Source: the human T2T-CHM13v2.0 reference genome, Homo sapiens | Length of the DNA: 64,000 nucleotides | Assembly (NCBI RefSeq): GCF_009914755.1 | Contig: NC_060936.1 | Reading direction: 5' to 3' (one strand) | In this document: positions 13,967-49,443 of the stretch, piece by piece | Numbering within the stretch: the stretch's first letter is position 1 | Layout: every line of letters begins with the position of its first letter | Position numbers and translations under genes: made by a program | The notes under the pieces: model-generated | The model's input: only the letters and a program-made list of their open reading frames with translations | What the model was told of the DNA's origin: nothing | The model's database searches: none

Positions 13967-14325
13967 ACATTTCATTCTTGATCTCTTCCATTTCTATTTC
14001 CCTTTCTTTGTCTCTCTTTCTGTCTTCTATGTCTAGCTGCTTTTTCACTTCCTATCTCTCTTTCTGCCTTCCCATATCTGGTTTGCTTTTATGCTGCCCC
14101 ATCCCCCCATCTCCCTATCTCTCTGGGTCCTGCACAATAGAGCACACTATGCCTGTCTCATGTCTTTGTCATTGCTGCCCAAGGGCCAGAACACTGAGCT
14201 CTCCACCAGTGTCTGTCATGGAAACACAGTCCATGCCCTGGAGTGAGCCGGGGTAGACATGTCTACCAGAATAGCCCCTCCTTTCCCCACTCACTATCCA
14301 GGCTATTCATTCCTGCTCAGCTTTA

Positions 14326-17000
<2,675 letters not shown>

Positions 17001-17060
17001 TCATCCACTGCCTTCATCCAGGATGACCTCCACCCCAAAGGAAATACCACTAAGAATTCA

Positions 17061-21280
<4,220 letters not shown>

Positions 21281-21322
21281 ACCGCCTCCCTCAGGTGTCT
21301 GGACCATACTGGCTTCTCTTGC

Positions 21323-21625
21323 ATGGAGGTCACTGCAGTGGGAGAGGAGGCAAACCAAGGAGACCTTCTCGGCTTCGGGCAGCGGTGCTGTTCCTTAGGA
21401 AGCTCCAACCCTTGGCTCTACCGGACTGCGGGCATCTTTCCCGAGCACTGCACGGAAGAAAAGAAAATTGGCACTTATTTCAGGGTGGCCCCTCAGGCAT
21501 CCAAGAGCCAGAGGAGCAGGTGTCACGGGATGGCAGCGAGCGAGGCCAGGCCAGGAGAAGCAACCGCAGCCTCCTATGGTCGCCCCTTCCCGACCCACCC
21601 CAGGCGTCAGGAGTTCCGCGCCCGG
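21323..21625 (+). CDS. MFSD5: MFSD5 long-isoform first coding exon (101 codons)
   Basis: ATG 21323; donor CGG|gtaagg; splicing to 22408 adds VVRGPT in frame with the main ATG, giving 557 aa, the length I recall for the long isoform. Confidence 0.7.
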
Positions 21626-22100
21626 GTAAGGGAAGGAGGGCGGGCGGGCGGGGCGGGGCGGGGTTTTGGCGCCGCGCCCCCGTCACGTGACGAAGCCATC
21701 ATGGCGGCGGCCAGAGGCCTGCCCGGCTCCCGGAAGCAGGCTGTGAGGGGCGGGAGCGCTGCTGGAACCCGAGCCGGAGCCGGAGCCACAGCGGGGAGGG
21801 TGGCCTGGCGGCCTGGAGCCGGACGTGTCCGGGGCGTCCCCGCAGACCGGGGCAGCAGGTGAGGCGGAGTCTGGGCGAGGTGCAAGTGGATGTGGCAGGG
21901 CTGGGCAGGGGCTAGGGGGCGCAGTGGGGTGCCAGTGACCTGGAGGAGTGGGCCTCTGAGATGCACACGCATGACCCTGAAGCAACTCGAGAGGCCTGCG
22001 CGGGTGGGAGGGATGCCCGGGACAGAGGATGAGACACTGAGGGCAAAAAGAGGCTCCGCAGCGAGGACGGGAGGTAATAGAAGGAAGTGTACGGGAGCTG
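21500..22100. promoter_or_regulatory. MFSD5: MFSD5 CpG-island promoter: GC boxes, E2F-like TTTTGGCGCC, CLEAR/E-box GTCACGTGAC (21682-21691), YY1-like ATGGCGGC, ETS CCGGAAG
   Basis: Motifs read directly at 21640-21740. Confidence 0.85.
21700..21858 (+). other. MFSD5: MFSD5 main 5'UTR exon 1 (5' end approximate)
   Basis: Donor CAG|gtgagg at 21858; acceptor ttcccag| at 22407. Confidence 0.75.
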
Positions 22101-22425
22101 CTGTGGGAAAGGGCAGTAGAATTTGCGGGAGCGGGATTATTGAAAGGGACTCCCTCTTCACAGGCAAGGATGGGGTGAGTGCCCAGTCCTCTCCCCTGTC
22201 TTCTTACCCCTCCCTGCCCCACAGTGTCCTAGGAGACAGCTTTGGCGTGGCCACTCCTCCCACCCACCCAACTGGTCCCTCCGGTCTGAGATCTTGGGGA
22301 GTGGAGTTGGCAGCGGGGTTGGGTGGAGCTGCCATCTGCTTAAGACAGCCCCTTGACCGTGCTGCCCGAAGGATGGATATGGCTCTGACTCCCACCTCTC
22401 TTCCCAGGTCGTCCGGGGGCCCACC

Positions 22426-23778
22426 ATGCTGGTGACTGCCTACCTTGCTTTTGTAGGCCTCCTGGCCTCCTGCCTGGGGCTGGAACTGTCAAGATGCCGG
22501 GCTAAACCCCCTGGAAGGGCCTGCAGCAATCCCTCCTTCCTTCGGTTTCAACTGGACTTCTATCAGGTCTACTTCCTGGCCCTGGCAGCTGATTGGCTTC
22601 AGGCCCCCTACCTCTATAAACTCTACCAGCATTACTACTTCCTGGAAGGTCAAATTGCCATCCTCTATGTCTGTGGCCTTGCCTCTACAGTCCTCTTTGG
22701 CCTAGTGGCCTCCTCCCTTGTGGATTGGCTGGGTCGCAAGAATTCTTGTGTCCTCTTCTCCCTGACTTACTCACTATGCTGCTTAACCAAACTCTCTCAA
22801 GACTACTTTGTGCTGCTAGTGGGGCGAGCACTTGGTGGGCTGTCCACAGCCCTGCTCTTCTCAGCCTTCGAGGCCTGGTATATCCATGAGCACGTGGAAC
22901 GGCATGACTTCCCTGCTGAGTGGATCCCAGCTACCTTTGCTCGAGCTGCCTTCTGGAACCATGTGCTGGCTGTAGTGGCAGGTGTGGCAGCTGAGGCTGT
23001 AGCCAGCTGGATAGGGCTGGGGCCTGTAGCGCCCTTTGTGGCTGCCATCCCTCTCCTGGCTCTGGCAGGGGCCTTGGCCCTTCGAAACTGGGGGGAGAAC
23101 TATGACCGGCAGCGTGCCTTCTCAAGGACCTGTGCTGGAGGCCTGCGCTGCCTCCTGTCGGACCGCCGCGTGCTGCTGCTGGGCACCATACAAGCTCTAT
23201 TTGAGAGTGTCATCTTCATCTTTGTCTTCCTCTGGACACCTGTGCTGGACCCACACGGGGCCCCTCTGGGCATTATCTTCTCCAGCTTCATGGCAGCCAG
23301 CCTGCTTGGCTCTTCCCTGTACCGTATCGCCACCTCCAAGAGGTACCACCTTCAGCCCATGCACCTGCTGTCCCTTGCTGTGCTCATCGTCGTCTTCTCT
23401 CTCTTCATGTTGACTTTCTCTACCAGCCCAGGCCAGGAGAGTCCGGTGGAGTCCTTCATAGCCTTTCTACTTATTGAGTTGGCTTGTGGATTATACTTTC
23501 CCAGCATGAGCTTCCTACGGAGAAAGGTGATCCCTGAGACAGAGCAGGCTGGTGTACTCAACTGGTTCCGGGTACCTCTGCACTCACTGGCTTGCCTAGG
23601 GCTCCTTGTCCTCCATGACAGTGATCGAAAAACAGGCACTCGGAATATGTTCAGCATTTGCTCTGCTGTCATGGTGATGGCTCTGCTGGCAGTGGTGGGA
23701 CTCTTCACCGTGGTAAGGCATGATGCTGAGCTGCGGGTACCTTCACCTACTGAGGAGCCCTATGCCCCTGAGCTGTAA
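22426..23778 (+). CDS. MFSD5: MFSD5, major facilitator superfamily domain-containing 5 (MOT2-type molybdate-anion transporter family), 450 aa, single coding exon
   Basis: Kozak CCACCATG; many hydrophobic helices; MFS motif A-like LVDWLGRK; ADWLQAPYLYKLY signature; recognised sequence. Confidence 0.97.
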   Translation: MLVTAYLAFVGLLASCLGLELSRCRAKPPGRACSNPSFLRFQLDFYQVYFLALAADWLQAPYLYKLYQHYYFLEGQIAILYVCGLASTVLFGLVASSLVDWLGRKNSCVLFSLTYSLCCLTKLSQDYFVLLVGRALGGLSTALLFSAFEAWYIHEHVERHDFPAEWIPATFARAAFWNHVLAVVAGVAAEAVASWIGLGPVAPFVAAIPLLALAGALALRNWGENYDRQRAFSRTCAGGLRCLLSDRRVLLLGTIQALFESVIFIFVFLWTPVLDPHGAPLGIIFSSFMAASLLGSSLYRIATSKRYHLQPMHLLSLAVLIVVFSLFMLTFSTSPGQESPVESFIAFLLIELACGLYFPSMSFLRRKVIPETEQAGVLNWFRVPLHSLACLGLLVLHDSDRKTGTRNMFSICSAVMVMALLAVVGLFTVVRHDAELRVPSPTEEPYAPEL

Positions 23779-23974
23779 CCCCACTCCAGGACAAGATAGC
23801 TGGGACAGACTCTTGAATTCCAGCTATCCGGGATTGTACAGATCTCTCTGTGACTGACTTTGTGACTGTCCTGTGGTTTCTCCTGCCATTGCTTTGTGTT
23901 TGGGAGGACATGATGGGGGTGATGGACTGGAAAGAAGGTGCCAAAAGTTCCCTCTGTGTTACTCCCATTTAGAA

Positions 23975-23980
23975 AATAAA
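23975..23980 (+). terminator. MFSD5: MFSD5 polyadenylation signal
   Basis: AATAAA about 200 nt after the stop, followed by T-rich sequence. Confidence 0.85.
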
Positions 23981-23989
23981 CACTTTTAA

Positions 23990-28405
<4,416 letters not shown>

Positions 28406-29292
28406 CTTTTATATTTTATTTTTTAACTTCTCCAATCCAGCTGAGCCTATCTAGATTTGAGTGTGGGAATGAGTGGACAGGACTGTAATGGGGTGTAGAA
28501 CTTTCCAATGCATCTTAGTGATTGGGGGATTCCCAGCAGCGTTTATCCTCAGTACTGGCCCAGATGGAATTATCGAGCTATTTGAGAAGGCTTCTACTCT
28601 GGGATATGTGAGCATCTGAGCTGGGTGTCAATGTGTTCCACTTGAACTCATTTCCTCTTCCTCTAGTGGGAAAGTCAGCTTGGGGTTAGACTGGATACAA
28701 CCACTATCTTTCACTAAGAGGCTCCTGATTTTCTGAATTTCCATCCAGCTGGAAACATGATTATTTGATCTGGAGCTTTTAAGCGATCCTGAGGAGAAAA
28801 GAGAAACATCCTGGGGACCCAGGAGCCAATGAACGAGGAGGCAGGAGGACTGGGGCAGGAAGACAGTACAGGGTTCTGAGGCCTGGAGGATGACCTCTTC
28901 CTGGAAATTCAGTCCCTGCCCTGGGAGGGGAGGGGGCTGTTCCCGGCTAATGGTCAGCTGAGTCTAGGTCCTCTCCTTATCGCTCTTCCCCTAACCCCAA
29001 TCCTGTGGTTTTCCTGCCCTTTTTATTATTTGCTGCCACTACCTCCCCATAGAACCACAGATTGGAAATGTAACACAAACAAATGTCATGCTTGAGATCA
29101 GATCTGATGTTATAAAAATACCTCACATTTACTTTAACTGTTTTTTTCATAAAGTTATATGGTCTCATTGTAAAATGGTCAAATGCAAATACAGAAATGC
29201 ATATTTTATATACATATGTGAATATCAGTATGTGCTAATTACGTTATAGTAGTATATTAAAATACATATATTTGTATTGCTATATAAATATA

Positions 29293-32910
<3,618 letters not shown>

Positions 32911-33524
32911 TACTTTAAATATACATATATGCATGTAGAAATATAAAACGTAAAAAATGACAGGCTCCCTTAATCCTGCTCATCAGAGATTACTACTATT
33001 AAATGTTTTGGGTCTAGACCAGCAGCAGATTTAATATCAAAGCTTTTTTTTTTTAGACAGAATCTCACTCTACTCACTCTGTCACTCAGGCGGAGTGCAG
33101 TGGTGTATTCTCGGCTCACTGCAACCTCTGCCTCCCGGGATGAAGAAATTCTTGTGCCTCGGCCTCCCAAGTAGCTGGGATTACAGGCATAAGCTACTAC
33201 ACCCAGTTCATTTTTGTATTTTTAGTAGAGATAGGGTTTTGCCATGATGGCCAGGCTGGTCTTGAACTCCTGGCTTCCAGTGATCCACCTGCCTTAGCCT
33301 CCCAAAGTCCTGAGATTACAGGTGCGAGCCACTACACCTGGCCAGTCTTTTTTCTTTTTTCTTTTTTTTTTAACAAAAATTGGATCATACCGTTCATATT
33401 TTTCTGCAACTTGTTTTTTATATATCTTATTTTTCTTTCCTTAAAAGTCCACAGGAAGACTGTAACAGTCATTCATGCATCTCTGACATCTTTATATGAT
33501 GATATGCTTGATATAGGACATGCT

Positions 33525-33900
33525 TTTTTATTTTATTGTTATTTTATTATACTTTAAGTTCTGGGATACACGTGCAGAACGTGCAGGTTTGTTACATAGG
33601 TATACACGTAACATGGTGGTTTGCTGCACCCATCAACCCGTCATTTACATTAAGTATTTCTCCTAATGCTATCCCTCCCCTAGCCACCCATCCCTCAACA
33701 GGACCCCGTGTGTGATGCTCTTCTCCCTGTGTCCATGTGTTCATTGTTCAACTCCCACTATGAGTGAGAACATGCGGTGTTTGGTTTTCTGTTCTTGTGT
33801 TAGTTTACTAAGAATGATCGTTTCCAGCTTCATCCATGTCCCTGCAAAGGACGTGAACTCATCGTTTCGTATGGCTGCATAGTAGTCCATGGTGTATATT
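33525..33900 (-). mobile_element. L1PA 3' end fragment
   Basis: TTATTATACTTTAAGTTCTGGGATACACGTGCAGAACGTGCAGGTTTGTTACATAGG... is the antisense primate L1 3'UTR. Confidence 0.92.
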
Positions 33901-33904
33901 TGCT

Positions 33905-37526
<3,622 letters not shown>

Positions 37527-37699
37527 TTCGTAGAAGTCTAAGCCCTTTTTTTCTAGTAACCCAAACCGCGTGAGTTCCTAAGTTCTTTTTGTTATTTCTC
37601 TTCTCTTGAAACTTAAACTCTTGCCTGAGCTCTGAAGATAAAGGAGGAAAAGGGGTGGCATTACCGATAGCGACTAAGCGACAGGTAGCTGAGAAACTG

Positions 37700-38250
37700 A
37701 GCTCTGACTGGAAAAAAGGGGGAAACCCGCACCCCCAAGAGGCCTTAACGCGCAGAGCAGCAAGACCCTCCGGGGCGCCGCGGGAGCGCGCAGCGCGGCG
37801 GGTAAACTACAACTCCCAGCGTGCCGCGCGCCCGGCGTTGCGCCGCGCCCGCTGATTGGCAGCCGCGGATATTTGAAAGGAGGGTCTGGCGCGGAAAACG
37901 AAGGTTACATTTTGGATCCTCGCGGAGTACTGGTCAGGCGGTTAAGTCCTGTACCTAGGAAAGAGGGCGAGCTCTGGGGCGGTAAGGCCGGAAGGGACTC
38001 GTGAGCGTGGGTACGTGCCGAAGTGAAGGGGATCCCCAGCGCTGACGCGAGGAGAGGCGTGGGTGGCTCCTGGAGGGAGTGTCGGGAGGCCTTGGGACTG
38101 CCCCGGGCCGCTGAAGGGCTGGGCCGAGGCCTCTGGGGTAGCGCGGCGAGTGGTGTGGTAGTGCGGTCGGGGATCTGCCCGGAGGAAGGAAGAGCGGAAT
38201 CGTCCTTTTATAACGGGAGCACGGCGTCCTGGCGTGGGTTTTCTCCCCGA
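37700..38250. promoter_or_regulatory. ESPL1: ESPL1 CpG-island promoter: ZNF143-type ACTACAACTCCCAGCGTGC (37806-37824), inverted CCAAT (37855-37859), CDE/CHR TTTGAA (37872-37877), E2F site (37888-37898)
   Basis: Motifs read directly; standard cell-cycle promoter elements. Confidence 0.88.
37880..37981 (+). other. ESPL1: ESPL1 exon 1 (non-coding; 5' end approximate)
   Basis: Donor GCG|gtaagg at 37981; acceptor ttccctag| at 38358. Confidence 0.85.
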
Positions 38251-38358
38251 TGAAATTTCTGATGTGATTCTTTGCCTCCTTCCACGACCTTCAGCCCTCT
38301 TCCCTTCCTCCAGTTAGCTTCATTAACAATCTTCTCTAATTGGTCTCCTTTTCCCTAG

Positions 38359-38517
<159 letters not shown>

Positions 38518-38627
38518 TGAAGAGATGGATAAGTAGGCGACCCTCTCTGAGTAATCCTATTTCTAGTTACTTTCTCTACCTCTTTCCTGCCTTTGCTAGC
38601 CCCATTCATATCTTTCTCTACTCCTAG

Positions 38628-39695
<1,068 letters not shown>

Positions 39696-39792
39696 TAAGG
39701 ACCTGGAGGTAGGGTGGGGACGTGGTCTGTGGACTCACTACCAGCCTAGGGTATTTGGCAAGATCTGGAGGTCCTGGCTCCCTCCTTGTTAA

Positions 39793-40215
<423 letters not shown>

Positions 40216-40218
40216 TGA

Positions 40219-40374
<156 letters not shown>

Positions 40375-41078
40375 TAGTGCCCTGGGTCCCAGGCACAGAG
40401 TTTGTGGGAGGGTCATCACCCATTAGGCAGGTGAATAGTACTTGCTGCGTGGTTCTGACCACTGTGAGGGTTCCTTATGGTTCAAGGAGGCAGTGAGAGA
40501 AATGTTTATAAGTACCAGCTACTCTGTGTTTAACACCAGTAGAGAAGTGATGAAGCTAACTTACAACAGCAGACACTATTTCCTCGACTGGAATCTAACT
40601 TGGCATTAACAGTTGCACCTAATATGCAACCTTATGACCTTTCAACATATTTTTTTATTTCTATATTTTTTAATGTTTTTTTTTTCCTTTTCTTCACTTA
40701 TCAGAATCCAGAAATCATTACAAATGACCTTTCTGTATATTTAAGTGGTTTTTTTTTTTTTTTTTTTTTGAGACAAGGTCTTGCTCTGTCACCTAGGCTG
40801 GAGTGCACTGGCACAATCACGGCTCAACACAGTCTCAACCTCCCAGGCTCAAGCGATCCTCCCACCTCAGCCCCGCAACGAGCTCACCTTGCAGGTTCAA
40901 GCGACTCTCCTGCCTCAGCCTCCCAAGTAGCTGGGACTGCAGGCGCGCACCACTATGACTGGCTAATTTTTGTATTTTTTGTAGAGATGATGTCTAGCCA
41001 TATTGTCCAGGCTGGTCTTGAACTCCTGGACTCGAGTGATCTGCCCACCTTGGCTTCCCTGAAACCCTGTCTCTACTA

Positions 41079-41366
<288 letters not shown>

Positions 41367-42205
41367 TTATTCAGCAAATATTTGTTGCCGGGCGCAGTGG
41401 CTCACGCCTGTAATCCCAGCACTTTGGGAGGCCGAGGCGGGCAGATAACGAGGTCAGGAGATCGAGACCATCCTGGCTAACAGTGAAACCCCGTCTCTAC
41501 TAAAAATACAAAAAATTAGCCGGGCGTGGTGGCAGGCGCCTGTACTCCCAGCTACTCAGGAGGCTGAGGCAGGAGAATGGTGTGAACCCGGGAGGTGGAG
41601 CTTGCAGTGAGCCAAGATCGTGCCACTGCTCTCCAGTCTGAGCGACAGAGCAAGACTCTGTCTCAAAAAAAAAAAAAAAATTTGTTGAGTACTCACTGTG
41701 TGCAACGCACTATTTGGAGTACTTGGATGTGTCGGTAAGCAAAACAAAGTTTCCTTCCCTCATGGAGCCACGTTCTAGTTTGGGGGGAAAAGATAAACAG
41801 ATTCAGTAAATAAGTGAATTATCAACATATTAGAACGTGATAAGAAATGTGGGGGAAAGGAAAAGTAGAGCAGGATAAGAAAGGGAATTGGGAGTCTAAG
41901 GTGCATGACGGGGGGCAAGTTACCACCTTAAATCAGGTGGTCAGGGTAGACCTCATTGAGAGGGTGACATGAGCAAAGGCTTGGAGAATGTGAGGGAGTC
42001 AGCCATGTGGGTTCCTGGAAAAGAACATCCCTGGCAGAAGAAACAGCCAGTGCTGAGGCAGGAGGGGGTCTCGTTTGTAAAATGAGTGCAGATGGGCTGA
42101 GTGGTGTGAAGGGCATGGGCCTATTTGGGGCAGGAAGGGGAGAGCCGCCCCTTCCCCATTCCTAGCAGTAGGGGTTCCTGTCTGATCTGGAAGCTGCTGA
42201 ACTGA

Positions 42206-42532
<327 letters not shown>

Positions 42533-42549
42533 TAATAGCAGCATGTTGA

Positions 42550-42899
<350 letters not shown>

Positions 42900-43012
42900 T
42901 GAGCCACCGCAGCCGGCCTGACTCACTTTTTATATTTAGCCTGGTCCTAAGCTACTGGTTTCCAGCCAAGCTGCACATTAGAATCACCTGAGTGACCTTT
43001 AAGAAAATTCTA

Positions 43013-43312
<300 letters not shown>

Positions 43313-43410
43313 CTACAGAGCAAGACTCCATCTCACATCTGAATATTTTCAAAGATCCCCCAGGTGGTCCTTTGAGCAAGGAGAGTGAGAACCTGGGTTC
43401 TTGGTTTTTT

Positions 43411-43441
<31 letters not shown>

Positions 43442-44238
43442 GGAGACTGAGTCTTGCTCTTGCTTTGTCACCCAGGCTGGAGTGCAGTGGCACGATCTCG
43501 GCTCACTGCAACCTCCACCTCCTGGGTTCAAGCAATTCTCTGCCTCAGCCTCCTGAGTAGCTGGGATTATAGGCATGCGCCACCATGCCTGGCTAATTTT
43601 TGTATTTTTAGTAGAGACGGGGGTTTCATCATCTTGGCCGGGCTGGTCTTGAACTCCTGACCTCATGATCCACCCGCCTCGGCCTCCCAAAGTGCTGGGA
43701 TTACCGGCGCAAGCCACCGCGCTGGGCAAGAACCAGTGTTCTTAAGCAAGAATACCTGTGAACTGATGCATTGGCGGGATTGGCAAGCAAGATGAGTCAT
43801 AGAGGGGCTTGGGTTTCATCTTAACTGAGATGATAAGCCTCTAAAGGATTTAAGTGGAGGCATGACAGCAGACAGGCATTTTGGATTTCCCTGACTTCGC
43901 TGTGATGAATGGAGTGCAGGAGAAAAGACCGGGTAATCAGGCTGCTATAGTATTCTAGGCAGGGAAGGGTGGGCTGAACTGAAGCAGCTGCACGAGGGAT
44001 GGAATGCAGTGGATCGGTGCGAGAAGCCAAGGATTAACCTGGTAGGTGACTGGCGGGAGGGAGAGCGAGAGAAGGGAACATCAGAGATGGCCCCACATTT
44101 CTTACTCAGGAGAAGGCAGTGCCATTTGCTGAGAAGGATTACAGGAGAAGCAGGTTTTCAAGGGTGTGGATGATGAACATAGGGGTGGAGTGGATTGCAG
44201 CCTCTGAGTTGAAGGCACTCAGAGTATTTCATTCTTAG

Positions 44239-44586
<348 letters not shown>

Positions 44587-44818
44587 TGAGTTGAGGGCCA
44601 GACGCAGTGGCTCATGCTTGTAATCCCAGCACTTTGGGAAGCCGAGGCGGGTGGATCACTTGAGGTCAGGAGTTTGAGACCATGGCCAACATGGTGAAAC
44701 CCCGTCTCTACTACAAATACAAAAATTAGCTGGGCATTGGCCGTGCACAGTGGCTCACACATGTAATCCCAGCACACATGTAATCCCAGCACTTTGGGAG
44801 GCCGAGGCGGGCAGATCA

Positions 44819-45101
<283 letters not shown>

Positions 45102-46099
45102 TCATGGTCATGTCCTTTCATCTTTATGTCTGAAAAATACTAATTCCTTCATTCATTAGTTATTCATTGAGTGCCCACTGTATGCTAGCCACTGTGCTAC
45201 TTGGGGGGTATAGTGGTGACAGTGGTCTTGCTTTCATGGAGCTTATATTCTACTTGGGGAGATATTTTTAAAAAGTACATTTTGCATTTTGTGTCTGTTC
45301 CTTTTTTTTTTTTTTTTTTTAATAGAGACAAGGTCTCACTATGTTGCCTAGGCTGGTCTTGAACTCCTGAGCTCAAGTGATCCTTCCACCTTGGCCTCCC
45401 AAAGTGCTAGGATTACAGGCATGAGCCAGTGCGCCCAGCCTTCACGTATGCTCTATGAAGACAATTAAACTGATTTGCTAAAAGAGGGAGCAACTTGAGG
45501 TGGGTTATTTAGGAAAACCCTTTTTGAAGAAGTGATAGATGAGACCTGAGGATGTGAAGGAATCTACTTTGTAAAGATCTCAGGGAGCCTGGGCAACAAA
45601 GCGAGACCTTGTCTCTACTTAAAAAATATTAGCCGAATGTGGTGGCATGAACCTATAGTCTATTTACACTTGGTTAGGAGGCTGAAGTGGGAGGATCACA
45701 TGAGCCTGGAAGATCAAGGCTGTAGTGAACCGTGATCACGCTATTGCACTCCAGCCTGGGCAACAGAGTGAGACTGTCTAAAAAAAAACAAACAAAAAAC
45801 TCAGGGAAGAGAATTCCTTGCAGAGAGAGTAGTAAATACAAAGGTTGCAAAGTGGGAACAAACTTGGGACCATGCTTGAGAAAGCCGGCATGCTGGGGGT
45901 AGTAGAATAGCGGTATAGGATGGGGAACCATATGGAATGAAGGTGGTCAAAGTGGGAAGCGGCCAGATCACACAGGGCCTTATAGGCCATGGTCAGGGCT
46001 TTGGAAATGATTCCTAGTGGGAGCCCACTGCCGTTTGTTAAACAGAGGAGCAATGCAATCTGATTTAAATTTTTAAAGCCATGACTGGAAACCTACTGA

Positions 46100-46435
<336 letters not shown>

Positions 46436-46448
46436 TAAGGAGTAGTAG

Positions 46449-46904
<456 letters not shown>

Positions 46905-46942
46905 TAGAGATGGGGTCTCTCTGTTGCCCAGGCTGGTCTTGA

Positions 46943-47191
<249 letters not shown>

Positions 47192-47274
47192 TAAATGGAG
47201 TGTGGCATGGGCATCTCCATGGCTTCCTAAGAGTGGAACAGGGACCCCTGGTGAGGGAAACCCTGACCTTGTAG

Positions 47275-47643
<369 letters not shown>

Positions 47644-48446
47644 TGATGGAAGCGCAGGGCTGTATCACCAGTCTTATTTTAAATCCAAGCTCCCTCATTC
47701 ATTAGTGTATGGCCTTGGGCAAGTTGCTTAACCTAAGCCCAAGTTTCCTTATCTCTAAAATAGGGGCCATGCTACTGCCTCGTGGCGTTATTATTCAGTG
47801 CAGCAGTGCATGGAAGAGGTATTGTGTAAATGGTATGCTCAAATGTTAGCTTTAGTCTGGGCAACACGGCGAAACCCCGTCTCTACAAGAAATAAAAAAA
47901 ATATAGCCCGGTGCGGTGGCATGTGCCTGTAATCCCAGCTACTCAGGTGGCTGAGGCAGGAGAATCCCTTGAGCCAGGAGGTAGAGGTTGCAGTGAGCCA
48001 AGATCGCGCCACTGCACTCCATCCTGGGGGACAGAGCAAGATGCTGTTTCACGCTATTTCATTAAAAAAAAAAAAAAGTTAGCTTTAATTATTAGATGAT
48101 TTGTTACCTATCAGAAAAATACATAGATGCCTTTAGACACAATTTTACATTCTTACATTCTTATGTGTGCCTTCTTTTTTTTTTTCAAGATGGAGTCTCA
48201 CTCTGTCGCCCAGGCTGGAGTGCAGTGGCGCAATCTGGGCTCACTGCAACTTCCGCCATCTGGGTTCAAGTGATTCTCCTGCCTCAGCCTCCTGAGTAGC
48301 TGGGACTACAGGCACGCAACCACGCCTGGCTACTTTTTTGTATTTTTAGTATAGACAGGGTTTCACCATATTGGCCAGGCCGGTCTCGATCTCCTCAGGT
48401 GATCCACCCGCCTCAGCCTCCCAAAGGGCTGGGATTACAGGCGTGA

Positions 48447-48813
<367 letters not shown>

Positions 48814-49308
48814 TGAAGCTCTACCCTAGACTCCACATTAGGAAACAAACAAACAAACAAAAAGCCTTTATACATGCTGTTAACTATGAGCTATTAAACC
48901 ATATTTCTAGCAGGGGAAGCTACCTCAGCCCTAGATTTGAGACTTGGTTCTGCCACATACCTGTTATATGAACTTAGACAAGCAACTTAACCCATGTGAG
49001 TCTTAGCTTCCTGTACTGTAAAATTGGGATTAGACTTGTTATGAAGGTTAAATGCACTGATGCATGTAAGCCTGGGCACAGTGCCTGGCACATAGTAAGA
49101 ACTCAGAAAATCCTGGCTATTGATGATGAATGGCATCTAGGCTTTAAAACAGTAGGGGTGGGGTGATGATTGCTTCATCTGGGTAACTACATTCCACCCA
49201 GGCCCTGAGGTCAAACTACAGTCCAAGGTCCCAAAGGGCTGGGGAGCAGAGGGTAGAAATAGAGGCTTGAGCAGGGGTGGAGTAAACTTGGCTGCTTCTG
49301 CTGACCAG

Positions 49309-49443
49309 CCCATGCAGGCTCTGGAGGTCCTCCTGCTGCTACGGATTGTCTCTGAGAGACTGAAGGACCACTCGAAGGCAGCTGGCTCCTCCTGCCACAT
49401 CACCCAGCTCCTCCTGACCCTCGGCTGTCCCAGCTATGCCCAG
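49309..49443 (+). CDS. ESPL1: Separase exon 12
   Basis: PMQALEV...SYAQ; AG/GT. Confidence 0.95.

Noticed and set aside
21607-22435. About 180-aa ORFs over MFSD5 exon 1/intron 1 on both strands
   Set aside because: CpG-island artefacts; only the spliced overlapping uORF was retained as a finding
23755-23778. MFSD5 tail EPYAPEL as a lysosomal sorting motif
   Set aside because: Fits neither YxxPhi (position +3 is Glu) nor the acidic dileucine consensus
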